Below are positions 42,136 through 57,600 of a DNA stretch of 64,000 nt, in pieces. Source of the stretch: the human T2T-CHM13v2.0 reference genome, Homo sapiens. Under the pieces are notes generated by a model. That model did not search any database. It had not been told where the DNA came from and saw only the letters and a list, made by a program, of their open reading frames with translations. Position numbers and translations under genes: made by a program. Position 1 is the stretch's first letter. Every line of letters starts with the position of its first letter. The stretch lies in NCBI RefSeq assembly GCF_009914755.1, contig NC_060940.1; one strand, 5' to 3'.

Positions 42136-45100
42136 TCAAGTGCATTCGATGATATCATTCGATTCCATTTGATGATAATTCCATTTGATTCCATGCGATG
42201 ATTCTATTCGATTCCATTCAATGATAATTCCATTCAATTCAGTGATTCCTCTGGACTCCATTTGATGATGATTCCATTCAATGATTCCATTCGATTATAT
42301 TCGAAAATGATTCCATTTGAATCCATTTGATGATGATTCCATTAGATTCAATTTGATGATTCCATTCGATTCCATTCGACGATGATTCCATTCGATTCCT
42401 TTTGATGAATCCATTCTATTGTATTCGATGATGATTCCATTCGATTCCATTCGATGATGATTGGATTCGATTCCATTTTATGATTTCATTTGATTCCATA
42501 CGATAATGATTTCGATCAATTCCATTCAATGATTCCATTCGATTCCATTCGAAAATGATTCCATTTGAATCCATTTGATGATGATTCCATTGGATTCCAT
42601 TTGATGATTCCATTCGATTCCATTCGATGATGATTCCATTCGATTCCTTTTGATGAATCCATTCTATTGTATTCGATGATGATTCCATTCGATTCCATTC
42701 GATGATGATTGGATTCGATTCCATTTGATGATTTCATTTGATTCCATTCGATAATGATTTCGATCAATTCCATTCGATGATTCCATTCGATTCCATTCGA
42801 TAATGATTACATCCGAGTCCATTCGATGATTCCATTTGAGCCCGTTCGATAATTCCATTTGAGTCCAATCAATGATTCCATTCATTTCCATTCAATGATT
42901 CCATTCGAGTCCATTTGATCATTCCGGTAGGGTCCGTTCGATGTTGATTCCATTGGAGTGCATTCGATGATTCCATTCGAGTCCATTTTAGGATTTGATT
43001 CGAGTCCTTTCGATGATTCCATTCGATTCCACTCGATGATTTCATTCGAGTCCATTCGACACTTCCAATCGATTCCATTTGATGTTTCCATTCGATTCCA
43101 ATTGATGATTCCATTCAATTCCATTCGATGATGATTCCGTACGATTCCATTCTGTGATGATTCCATGTGATTGCATTCAATGATGATTCCTTTCGATTGC
43201 ATTCGATTATGATTCATTTCGTGTTCATTCTATGGTTCCACAGGTTTCCATTCGATGATGTTTCCATTCGTGTCCATTCCATTATTCCATTCTATTCCAT
43301 TTGAAGACGATTCCATTCGATTCCATTCATTGGTGATTCCACTCAATTCCATTCAATGATTCCATTCCATTTCTTTCAACAATGATTCCATTAGTTTCTA
43401 TTCGATGATCCACTTGATTCCATTTGACGATGATTCCATACGTGTCCATTCGATGATTCCACTTGATTCCATATGATGATGATTCCATTCGATTCCATAC
43501 GATGATGATTCCATTCGAGTCCATTCAATGGTGATTCCATTCAATTCCATTCGATGATTCCTTTCGATTCCATTCAATGATGATGGCATTCGATTCCTTT
43601 CGATCATTCCCTTTGATTCCATTCAAAGGTGATTTCATTCAAGTCCATTCGATAATTGCATTCGATTCCATTCTATGATGATTCCATTCGAGTCCATTTG
43701 ATGATTCCATTCAATTCAAGTCAATGATGATTCCATTCGATTCCACTCGATGATTCCATTGGATTCCATTCGATGATGATTCCATTCAAATCCATTCGAT
43801 AATTCAATTCAAGTCCATTCGATGATGATTCCAATCGAATCCATTCAAAGATTCCACTCAATTCCATTCGATGATGATTCCCTTAGATTCCATTTGATGA
43901 TTCCACTTGATTCCATTTACGATGATTCCATTCGATTCCATGTGATGATTCCATTCAATTCTATTCAATGATGTTTCCACTTGATTCCATTCGAACATGA
44001 TTGCCTTTGATTCCATTCAATGATTCCATACGGTTCCATTTGATGATGATTCCATTCGAGTGCATTAGATGATTCCATTCGAGTCCATTCGATGATTCCA
44101 TTCGATTCCATTCGATGTTGATTCTGTTCAAATCCATTCGATGATTCCACTCGATTCCATTCGATGACTCCATTTGATCCCATTCGATGATTTCCTTTGA
44201 TTCCCTTTGATGATCATTCCATTTGATTCAATTCGGTGATTTCATTTGATTCCATTCAGTGATGTTTCCATTCAACTCCTTTCGATGATGATTCCATTCG
44301 AATCCATTCGATTATGATTTCATTCAATTCCATTCGATAATGATTCCCTTCAAGTCCATTCGATGATTCCATTCGATTCCATTCAACGATGATTTGATTC
44401 GTGTCCATTCGATGATTCCGTTTGATTCAATTTGATGATGATTCCATTCGAGTCCCTTTGATGATTCCATTCAATTCCATTCTCCGATGATTTCTTTTGA
44501 GCCCATTCAATGCTTCCACTCGATTCCATATGATGATGACTCCATTTGATGAAATTCCATGATGATTCCATTCGCTTGCATTCGATGATGATTCCACTTG
44601 AGTCCGTTAGAAGATTCTATTCAATTACATTCCATGACGATTCTGTTCGAGTCCATTTGATGATTCCATTAGACTCCATTCGACGATGATTCCATTCGAT
44701 GTTATTCGATGATGATTCCATTCAACTCCATTCGATGTTTCCATTCGAGTTCATTCTATTATTCCATTAGATTCCATTCGATGATGATTCCATTCGATTC
44801 CATTTGATGATTGCATTCTATTTCATTTGATGATGATTCCATTCGAGTCCATTCGATGATTCCATTCGAGTCCATTTAATGAATCCATTGGTTTCAATTC
44901 TATGATGATTACATTGGATTCCATTCGTTGATGATTTCATTCGATTCCATTCAATGATGATTCCATTCAATTCCATTCAATGATTCCATTCAATTACATA
45001 CGATGATGATTCCATTTGATTTGATTCGACAGTGAGCCATTCGATTCAATTCCATGATGATTCTATTTGATTCAATTGGTTGACATTTCCATTCGATTCC

Positions 45101-48100
45101 ATTCGATGATGATTCCATTTGATTCCATTCAAAGATGATTCCATTCTAGCCCATTCAATCATTCCATTCGATTCTATTCAATGATGATTCCATTCATGTC
45201 GATTTGGTGATTCCATTTGACTTCATTTGATGATGATTCCTTTCAAGTTCATTAGATGATTCCATTCGATTCCATTTGATGATGATCCCATTCGAGTCCA
45301 TTCAGTGATTCCACTCGTTTCCATTCCATGATGATTCCATTCCATTCCATTCAATGATTCCATTCGATTCCGTTTGATGATGATTTCATTCGAGTCCATT
45401 TGATGATTCCATTTGATTCCATTCGATGATGATTACATTCGAGTCCATACGATGATTCCACTCAATTCCATATGATGATGATTCCATTCGATTCCATTCG
45501 ATGATTCCATTCTATTCTATTCAATGGTGATTCCATTCGAGTACATTAGATGATTCCATTCGATTCCATTCAATGATGATTCTATTTGTGTCCCTTAGAT
45601 GGTTCCACATGATTCCATTTCATGATGATACTATTTGAGCCCATCCAATGATTCCCTTCGATTCCATTCGATGAGGATTCCATTCGATTCAATTCATTGG
45701 TGATTCTATTCAATTCAATTCTTTGATTCCATTCCATTCCATTCGACAATGATTCCATTCGATTTCTTTCGATGATTCCACTCGATTCCACTTGACATTG
45801 ATTCCATTCGATTCCATTCAATGATTCCGTTTGATTCCAGTGGATGATGATTGCCATCGATTCCATTCGATCACTCCATTCTATTCCATTTGATGATGAT
45901 TACATTCGATTCCATTTGATGATTCCATCTGATTCTATTCGAGGATTCCATTTGATTCCATTCGATGATGATTCCATTCGAGTGCATTCGATGATTTCAT
46001 TCGAGTACATCCAATGATTCCATTCGAGTCCATTTGATTTTTCCATTTAATTCCATTTGATTATGATTCTACTAGAGTCCATTCAATGACTCAATTCGAA
46101 TCCATTCAACAATTCCATTCGAGGCCATTCGATGATTCCATTTCATGATTCCATTCGACTCCATTTAATCATTACAGTCGAGTCCATTTGGTGATTCCAC
46201 TGGATTTTTTTTGATAATGATACCATTCAATTACATTTGATGATGATCCCATTCAATTTCATTTGATGGTGATTCCATTAGAGTCCATTCGATGATTTCA
46301 TTCGAGTCCCTTCATTGATTCCATCCGATTTCATTTGATGATGACTCCATTCGAGTCCATTCGATGATTCCACTCGATTCCATTAGATGATTCCATTGGA
46401 GTCCATTTGATTGTTCCATTCGATTCTATTCGATTCCTTTCGAAGATTATTCCATTTGAGTCCATTCGATGATGATTCCATTCCATTCCATTCGATGATT
46501 CCGTTTGATTCCATTCGATGATTCCCTTCGATTCCTTTCTTTGATGATTCCATTCCATTCCATTCAATGATTCCATTCGAATCTATTCCATGATGATTCC
46601 TTTCGATTCCATTCGCTGATGTTTCCGTTCAATTCCATTCGATGATGATTCCATTCGATTCCATTCATTGAGGATTCCATTTGATTCCATTCAATGATGA
46701 TTCCATTCTATTCCATTCAATGATTGCATTCAATTCCATTCAATGATTATCCCCTTAGAGTAAACTCAACGATTCCATTCAATACCATTCGATGATGATT
46801 CCTTTTGAGTCCATTCAATGATTTCATTCAAGTCCATTTGATGATTCCTTTCAATTCCATTCTATGATGATTCCATTCGAGTCCATTCGATGATTCCATT
46901 CGATTGCATTCGATGATTCCATTATATTCCATTCAACGGTGATTCCATTCGAGTCCATTCCATGATTCCATTAGAGTACATTTAATGATTGCTTTGTTTT
47001 CAATTCGAAGATGATTACATTGGATTCCATTCTATGATACCATTCGATTCCATTCAATGATGATTCCACTCAAATCCATTGGATGATTCCATTCGTGTCC
47101 ATTCGGTGATTTCATTAGATTCCATTCGAGGATGATTCCATTCGATTCCATTCGATGATTCCATTCAATTCCATTCGATGATGATTCCATTCCAGTCCAT
47201 ATGATCATTCCATTTGATTTCATTCGATGATGATTCCATTCGATTCCATTCGATGATTCCATTCTATTCCATTCGATGATGATTCCATTCGAGTCCATTC
47301 GATGATTCCATTCGAGTCCATTTAATGATTCCATTGGGTTCAATTCAATGATGATTACATTGGATTCCGTTCTATGATTCCATTCAATTCCGTTCATTGA
47401 CAATTTGATTCCATTCGATGATGATTCCATTTGAGTTCATTCGATGATTCTATTTGATTCTCTTCGATGGTGATTCAATTCTATTATATTGGATGATTCC
47501 ATTCGATTCCATTTGATGTTGATTCAATTCGATTCTATTCGATGGTGATTCCATTGGATTTCACTTCATGATTCTGTTCGATTCCATTCAATGATGATTC
47601 ACTTCTCGTCCATTGGATGATTCCATTTCATTCCATTCGATGATGATTCCATTCGATTCCATTCGATGATTCCATTTGATTCCATGCGTCGGTGAGCAAT
47701 TCGATTCAATTCCATGATGATTCTATTTGATTCAATTAGATGATGTTTCCATTCGAATCCATTCCATGATTATTCCATTGGAATCCATTCGGCGATGATT
47801 CCATATGAGTCAATTCAATGATGATTCCATATGGGTCCGTTCGATGATAATTCCATTTGATTTCATTCGGTGCTTCTATTCAATTCCAGTCGATGATGAT
47901 TCCGTTGGAGTCCATACGATGATTCCATTTGATTTCATTTGATGATGATTCCATTCGATGATGATTACATTGGATTCCATTCTATGATTCCATTCAATTC
48001 CATTCGTTGATGATTCGATTCCATTCAATGATGATTCCATTTGAGTTCATTCGATGATTCTATTCGATTCCGTTCGATGGTGATTCAATTCTCTTATATT

Positions 48101-48236
48101 GGATGAATCCACTCGATTCCATTTGATGATTATTCCATTGGAGTCCACTTAGTGAATCCTTCAGATTCTACTCGAAGATGATTCCATTCAAGTCCATTCG
48201 ATGATACCATTCAATTCCATTCGTTGATGCTTCCAT
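42136..48236 (+). repeat. Rearranged unit of near-canonical length (6101 bp)
   Basis: Contains a 248-bp duplication plus deletions of ~72 bp (~44050), ~20 bp (~44710) and 170 bp (~45430). Confidence 0.85.
42301..42796 (+). repeat. Tandem duplication of 248 bp (2 copies)
   Basis: TCGAAAATGATTCCATTTGAATCC at 42301 and 42549. CCTTTTGATGAATCCATTCTATTGTATTCG occurs twice. Spurious ORF ends at 42416 and 42664. Confidence 0.9.
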
Positions 48237-51200
48237 TCAAGTGCATTCGATGATATCATTCGATTCCATTTGATGATAATTCCATTTCATTCCATGCGAT
48301 GATTCTATTCGATTCCATTCAATGATAATTCCATTCAGTTCAGTGATTCCTCTGGACTCCATTTGATGATGATTCCATTCAATGATTCCATTCGATTCTA
48401 TTCGAAAATGATTCCATTTGAATCCATTTGATGATGATTCCATTAGATTCCATTTGATGATTCCATTCGATTCCATGCGACGATGATTCCATTCGATTCC
48501 ATTTGATGATTCCATTCTATTGTATTCGATGATGATTCCATTCGATTCCATTCGATGATGATTGGATTTGATTCCATTTGATGATTTCATTTGATTCCAT
48601 TCGTTAATGATTTCGATCAATTCCATTCGATGATTCCATTCGATTCCATTCGATAATGATTACATCCGTGTCCATTCAATGATTTCATTTGAGCCTGTTC
48701 GATAATTCCATTTGAGTCCAACCAATGATTCCATTCATTTCCATTCAATGATTCCATTCGAGTCCATTTGATCATTCCGGTAGGGTCCATTCGATGTTGA
48801 TTCCATTGGAGTGCATTCGATGATTCCATTCGAGTCCATTTTATGATTTGATTCGAGTCCTTTCGATGATTCCATTCGATTCCACTCGATGATGATTTCA
48901 TTCGAGTCCATTCGACACTTCCAATCGATTCCATTTGATGTTTCCATTCGAGTCCAATTGATGATTCCATTCAATTCCATTCGATGATGATTCCGTACGA
49001 TTCCATTCTGTGATGATTCCATGTGATTGCATTCAATGATGATTCCTTTAGATTGCATTCGATTGTGATTCATTTCGTCTTCATTCTATGGTTCCACAGG
49101 TTTCCATTCGTGTCCATTCCATTATTCCATTCTATTCCATTTGATGATGATTCCATTCGATTCCATTCATTGGTGATTCCACTCAATTCCATTCAATGAT
49201 TCCATTCCATTTCTTTCAACAATGATTCCATTAGTTTCTAATCGATGATCCACTTGATTCCATTTGACGACGATTCTATTCTTGTCCATTCGATGATTCC
49301 ATTTGATTACATATCATGTTGATTCCATTCGATTCCATACGATGATGATTCCATTCGAGTCCATTCCATGGTGATTCCATTCAATTCCATTCGATGATTC
49401 CTTTCGATTCCATTCGATGATGATGGCATTCGATTCCTTTCAATCATTCCCTTTGATTCCATTCAAAGGTGATTTCATTCAAGTCCATTCGATAATTGCA
49501 TTCGATTCCATTCTATGATGATTCCATTCGAGTCCATTTGATGATTCCATTCAATTCAAGTCAATGATGATTCCATTCGATTCCATTCGATGATTCCATT
49601 CAATTCCATTCGATGATGATTCCATTCAAATCCATTCGATAATTCAATTCAAGTCCATTCGATGATGATTCCAATCGAATCCATTCAAAGATTCCATTCA
49701 GTTCCATTCGATGATTCCCTTAGATTCCATTCGATGATTCCACTTGATTCCATTTACGATGATTCCATTCGATTCCATATGATGATTCCATTCAATTCTA
49801 CTCAATGCTGTTTCCATTTGATTCCATTCGACCATGATTGCCTTTGATTCCATTCAATGACTCCATTCGGTTCCTTTTGATGATGATTCCGTTCGATTCC
49901 ATTTCATTATTCCATTTGATTCCATTGGATGAGTCCATTCGATTACATTCGATGATTATTCCATTCGAGTGCATTAGATGATTCCATTCGAGTCCATTCG
50001 ATGATTCCATTCGATGCCATTCGATGTTGATTCTGTTCAAATCCATTCGATGATTCCACTCGATTCCATTCGATGACTCCAGTTGATCCCATTCGATGAT
50101 TTCCTTTGATTCCCTTTGATGATCATTCCATTTGATTCAATTCGGTGATTTCATTTGATTCCATTCAGTGATGATTCCATTCGACTCCATTCGATGATGA
50201 TTCCATTCGACTCCATTCGATTATGATTTCATTCAATTCCATTCGATAATGATTCCCTTCGAGTCCATTCGATGATTCCATTCGATTCCATTCAACGATG
50301 ATTTGATTCGTGTCCATTCGATGATTCCATTTGATTCCACTTGATGATGATTCCATTCGAGTCCATTTGATGATTCCATTCAATTCCATTCTCCGATGAT
50401 TTCTTTTGAGCCCATTCAATGCTTCCACTCGATTCCATATGATGATGACTCCATTCGATGAAATTCGATGATGATTCCATTCGCTTGCATTCGATGATGA
50501 TTCCACTTGAGTCCATTAGAAGATTCTATTCAATTACATTCCATGACGATTCCGTTCGAGTCCATTTGATGATTCCATTAGACTCCATTCGACGATGATT
50601 CCATTCGATGTTATTCGATGATTCCATTCGATCTCATTCGATGATGATTCCATTCAACTCCATTCGATGTTTCCATTCGAGTTCATTCTATTATTCCATT
50701 AGATTCCATTCGATGATGATTCCATTCGATTCCATTTGATGATTGCATTCTATTTCATTTGATGATGATTCCATTCGAGTCCACTCGATGATTCCATTCG
50801 AGTCCATTTAATGAATCCATTGGTTTCAATTCTATGATGATTACATTGGATTACATTCGTTGATGACTTCATTCGGTTCCATTCAATGATGATTCCATTC
50901 AATTCCTTTCAATGTTTCCATTCAATTCCATACGATGATGATTCCATTTGATTTGATTCGACAGTGAGCCATTCGATTCAATTCCATGATGATTCTATTT
51001 GATTCAATTGGTTGACATTTCCATTCGACTCCATTCGATGATGATTCCATTCGACTCCATTCGATTATGATTTCATTCAATTCCATTCGATAATGATTCC
51101 CTTCGAGTCCATTCGATGATTCCATTCGATTCCATTCAACGATGATTTGATTCGTGTCCATTCGATGATTCCATTTGATTCCACTTGATGATGATTCCAT

Positions 51201-54200
51201 TCGAGTCCATTTGATGATTCCATTCAATTCCATTCTCCGATGATTTCTTTTGAGCCCATTCAATGCTTCCACTCGATTCCATATGATGATGACTCCATTC
51301 GATGAAATTCGATGATGATTCCCTTTGATTCCATTCAAAGATGATTCCATTCTAGCCCATTCAATCATTCCATTCGATTCTATTCAATGATGATTCCATT
51401 CATGTCGATTTGGTGATTCCATTTGACTTCATTTGATGATGATTCCTTTCAAGTTCATTAGATGATTCCATTCGATTCCATTTGATGATGATCCCATTGG
51501 AGTCAATTCAGTGATTCCACTCGTTTCCATTCCATGATGATTCCATTCCATTCCATTCAATGATTACATTCGATTCCGTTTGATGATGATTTCATTCGAG
51601 TCCATTTGATGATTCCATTTGATTCCATTCGATGATGATTCCATTCGAGTCCATTCGATGATTCTATTCGAATCCATTTGATGATTTCTTTTGATTATAG
51701 TTGGTGATGATTCCATTGGAGTCCATTCAATGATTCCATTCTATTCCAATCGATGGTGATTCCATTAGAGTCCATTTAATGATTCCATTTGATTCCAGTC
51801 TCTGATGATTACATTCGAGTCCATACGATGATTCCACTCAATTCCATATGATGATGATTCCATTCGATTCCATTCGATGATTCCATTCTATTCTATTCAA
51901 TGGTGATTCCATTCGAGTACATTAGATGATTCCATTCGATTCCATTCAATGATGATTCTATTTGTGTCCCTTAGATGGTTCCACATGATTCCATTTCATG
52001 ATGATACTATTTGAGCCCATCCAATGATTCCCTTCGATTCCATTCGATGAGGATTCCATTCGATTCAATTCATTGGTGATTCTATTCAATTCAATTCTTT
52101 GATTCCATTCCATTCCATTCGACAATGATTCCATTCGATTTCTTTCGATGATTCCACTCGATTCCACTTGACATTGATTCCATTCGATTCCATTCAATGA
52201 TTCCGTTTGATTCCAGTGGATGATGATTGCCATCGATTCCATTCGATCACTCCATTCTATTCCATTTGATGATGATTACATTCGATTCCATTTGATGATT
52301 CCATCTGATTCTATTCGAGGATTCCATTTGATTCCATTCGATGATGATTCCATTCGAGTCCATTCGATGATTTCATTCGAGTACATCCAATGATTCCATT
52401 CGAGTCCATTAGATGATTCCATTTGATTCCATTTGAAAATGATTCTACTAGAGTCCATTCAATAACTCCATTCGAGTCCATTCAACAATTCCATTCGACT
52501 CCATTCGATGATTCCATTCGATTCCATTTGATGGTTCCATTCGAGTCCATTTAATCATTACAGTCGAGTCCATTTGGTGATTCCACTGGATTTCTTTTGA
52601 TAATGATACCATTCAATTGCATTTGATGATGATCCCATTCAATTTCATTTGATGATGATTCCATTAGAGTCCATTCGATGATTTCATTCGAGTCCCTTCA
52701 TTGATTCCATCCGATTTCATTGGATGATGACTCCATTCGAGTCCATTCGATGATTCCACTCGATTCCATTAGATGACTCCATTGGAGTCCATTTGATTGT
52801 TCCATTCGATTCCATTCGATTCCTTTCGAAGATTATTCCATTTGAGTCCATTCGATGATGATTCCATTCCATTCCATTCGATGATTCCGTTTGATTCCAT
52901 TCGATGATTCCCTTCGATTCCTTTCTTTGATGATTCCATTCCATTCCATTCAATGATTCCATTCGAATCTATTCCATGATGATTCCTTTCGATTCCATTC
53001 GCTGATGTTTCCGTTCAATTCCATTCGATGATGATTCCATTCGATTCCATTCATTGAGGATTCCATTTGATTCCATTCAATGATGATTCCATTCTATTCC
53101 ATTCAATGATTGCATTCAATTCCATTCAATGATTATCCCATTAGAGTAAACTCAACGATTCCATTCAATACCATTCGATGATGATTCCTTTTGAGTCCAT
53201 TCAATGATTTCATTCAAGTCCATTTGATGATTCCTTTCAATTCCATTCTATGATGATTCCATTCGAGTCCATTCGATGATTCCATTCGATTGCATTCGAT
53301 GATTCCATTATATTCCATTCAACGGTGATTCCATTCGAGTCCATTCCATGATTCCATTAGAGTACATTTAATGATTGCTTTGTTTTCAATTCGAAGATGA
53401 TTACATTGGATTCCATTCTATGATACCATTCGATTCCATTCAATGATGATTCCACTCAAATCCATTGGATGATTCCATTCGTGTCCATTCGGTGATTTCA
53501 TTAGATTCCATTCGAGGATGATTCCATTCGATTCCATTCGATGATTCCATTCAATTCCATTCGAGGATGATTCCATTCCAGTCCATATGATCATTCCATT
53601 TGATTTCATTCGATGATGATTCCATTCGATTCCATTCGATGATTCCATTCTATTCCATTCGATGATGATTCCATTCGAGTCCATTCGATGATTCCATTCG
53701 AGTCCATTTAATGATTCCATTGGGTTCAATTCAATGATGATTACATTGGATTCCGTTCTATGATTCCATTCAATTCCATTCATTGACAATTTGATTCCAT
53801 TCGATGATGATTCCATTTGAGTTCATTCGATGATTCTATTCGATTCTCTTCGATGGTGATTCAATTCTATTATATTGGATGATTCCATTCGATTCCATTT
53901 GATGTTGATTCAATTCGATTCTATTCGATGATGATTCCATTGGATTTCACTTGATGATTCTATTCGATTCCATTCAATGATGATTCACTTCTCGTCCATT
54001 GGATGATTCCATTTCATTCCATTCGATGATGATTCCATTCGATTCCATTCGATGATTCCATTTGATTCCATGCGACGGTGAGCAATTCGATTCAATTCCA
54101 TGATGATTCTATTTGATTCAATTAGATGATGTTTCCATTCGAATCCATTCCATGATTATTCCATTGGAATCCATTCGGCGATGATTCCATATGAGTCAAT

Positions 54201-54622
54201 TCAATGATGATTCCATATGGGTCCGTTCGATGATAATTCCATTTGATTTCATTCGATGCTTCTATTCTATTCCAGTCGATGATGATTCCGTTGGAGTCCA
54301 TACGATGATTCCATTTGATTTCATTTGATGATGATTCCATTCGATGATGATTACATTGGATTCCATTCTATGATTCCATTCAATTCCATTCGTTGATGAT
54401 TCGATTTCATTCAATGATGATTCCATTTGAGTTCATTCGATGATTCTATTCGATTCCGTTCGATGGTGATTCAATTCTATTATATTGGATGATTCCACTC
54501 GATTCCATTTGATGATTATTCCATTGGAGTCCACTTAGTGAATCCTTTAGATTCTACTCGACGATGATTCCATTCGAGTCCATTCGATGATACCATTCAA
54601 TTCCATTCGTTGATGCTTCCAT
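48237..54622 (+). repeat. 6386-bp unit: canonical plus a net 274-bp insertion
   Basis: Offset to the first unit is 47788 before ~51025 (2377/50165) and 48062 afterwards (4214/52276). Confidence 0.9.
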
Positions 54623-57600
54623 TCAAGTGCATTCGATGATATCATTCGATTCCATTTGATGATAATTCCATTTGATTCCATGCGATGATTCTATTCGATT
54701 CCATTCAATGATAATTCCATTCAATTCAGTGATTCCTCTGGACTCCATTTGATGATGATTCCATTCAATGATTCCATTCGATTCTATTCGAAAATGATTC
54801 CATTTGAATCCATTTGATGATGATTCCATTAGATTCCATTTGATGATTCCATTCGATTCCATTCGACGATGATTCCATTCGATTCCGTTTGATGATTCCA
54901 TTCTATTCTATTCGATGATGATTCCATTCGATTCCATTCGATGATGATTGGATTCGATTCCATTTGATGATTTCATTTGATTCCATTCGTTAATGATTTC
55001 GATCAATTCCATTCGATGATTCCATTCGATTCCATTCGATAATGATTACATCCGAGTCCATTCGATGATTCCCTTTGAGCCTGTTCGATAATTCCATTTG
55101 AGTCCAACCAATGATTCCATTCATTTCCATTCAATGATTCCATTCGAGTCCATTTGATCATTCCGGTAGGGTCCATTCGATGTTGATTCCATTGGAGTGC
55201 ATTCGATGATTCCATTCGAGTCCATTTTAGGATTTGATTCGAGTCCTTTCGATGATTCCATTCGATTCCACTCGATGATGATTTCATTCGAGTCCATTCG
55301 ACACTTCCAATCGATTCCATTTGATGATTCCATTCGAGTCCAATTGATGATTCCATTCAATTCCATTCGATGATGATTCCGTACGATTCCATTCTGTGAT
55401 GATTCCATGTGATTGCATTCAATGATGATTCCTTTCGATTGCATTCGATTATGATTCATTTCGTGTTCATTCTATGGTTCCACAGGTTTCCATTCGTGTC
55501 CATTCCATTATTCCATTCTATTCCATTTGATGATGATTCCATTCGATTCCATTCATTGGTGATTCCACTCAATTCCATTCAATGATTCCATTCCATTTCT
55601 TTCAACAATGATTCCATTAGTTTCTAATCGATGATCCACTTGATTCCATTTGACGACGATTCCATTCTTGTCCATTCGATGATTCCATTTGATTCCATAT
55701 GATGATGATTCCATTCGATTCCATACCATGATGATTCCATGCGAGTCCATTCAATGGTGATTCCATTCAATTCCATTCGATGATTCCTTTCGATTCCTTT
55801 CGATGATGATGGCATTCGATTCCTTTCAATCATTCCCTTTGATTCCATTCAAAGGTGATTTCATTCAAGTCCATTCGATAATTGCATTCGATTCCATTCT
55901 ATGATGATTCCATTCGAGTCCATTTGATGATTCCATTCAATTCAAGTCAATGATGATTCCATTCGATTCCATTCGATGATTCCATTGGATTCCATTCGAT
56001 GATGATTCCATTCAAATCCATTCGATAATTCAATTCAAGTCCATTCGATGATGATTCCAATCGAATCCATTCAAAGATTCCATTCAGTTCCATTCGATGA
56101 TTCCCTTAGATTCCATTCGATGATTCCACTTGATTGCATTTACGATGATTCCATTCGATTCCATGTGATGATTCCATTCAATTCTATTCAATGATGTCTC
56201 CATTTGATTCCATTCGACCATGATTGCCTTTGATTCCATTCAATGATTCCATTCGGTTCCGTTTGATGATGATTCCGTTCGATTCCATTTGATGATTCCA
56301 TTTGATTCCATTGGATGAGTCCATTCGATTACATTCGATGATTATTCCATTCGAGTGCATTAGATGATTCCATTCGAGTCCATTCGATGATTCCATTCGA
56401 TTCCATTCGATGTTGATTCTGTTCAAATCCATTCGATGATTCCACTCGATTCCATTCGTTGACTCCATTTGATCCCATCCGATGATTTCCTTTGATTCCC
56501 TTTGATGATCATTCCATTTGATTCAATTCGGTGATTTCATTTGATTCCATTCAGTGATGTTTCCATTCGACTCCATTCGATGATGATTCCATTCGACTCC
56601 ATTCGATTATGATTTCATTCAATTCCATTCGATAATGATTCCCTTCGAGTCCATTCGATGATTCCATTCGATTCCATTCAACGATGATTTGATTCGTGTC
56701 CATTCGATGATTCCATTTGATTCCACTTGATGATGATTCCATTCGAGTCCATTTGATGATTCCATTCAATTCCATACTCCGATGATTTCTTTTGAGCCCA
56801 CTCAATGCTTCCACTCGATTCCATATGATGATGACTCCATTCGATGAAATTCGATGATGATTCCATTCGCTTGCTTTCGATGATGATTCCACTTGAGTCC
56901 GTTAGAAGATTCTATTCAATTACATTCCATGACGATTCCGTTCGAGTCCATTTGATGATTCCATTAGACTCCATTCGACGATGATTCCATTCGATGTTAT
57001 TCGATGATTCCATTCGATCTCATTCGATGATGATTCCATTCAACTCCATTCGATGTTTCCATTCGAGTTCATTCTATTATTCCATTAGATTCCATTCGAT
57101 GATGATTCCATTCGATTCCATTTGATGATTGCATTCTATTTCATTTGATGATGATTCCATTCGAGTCCACTCGATGATTCCATTCGAGTCCATTTAATGA
57201 ATCCATTGGTTTCAATTCTATGATGATTACATTGGATTCCATTCGTTGATGATTTCATTCGGTTCCATTCAATGATGATTCCATTCAATTCCTTTCAATG
57301 TTTCCATTCAATTCCATACGATGATGATTCCATTTGATTTGATTCGACAGTGAGCCATTCGATTCAATTCCATGATGATTCTATTTGATTCAATTGGTTG
57401 ACATTTCCATTCGATTCCATTCGATGATGATTCCCTTTGATTCCGTTCAACGATGATTCCATTCTAGCCCATTCAATCATTCCATTCGATTCTATTCAAT
57501 GATGATTCCATTCATGTCGATTTGGTGATTCCATTTGACTTCATTTGATGATGATTCCTTTCAAGTTCATTAGATGATTCCATTCGATTCCATTTGATGA

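Noticed and set aside
49662-49847. The only plus-strand ORF (61 aa)
   Set aside because: Chance loss of stop codons in one unit; the other copies are not open.
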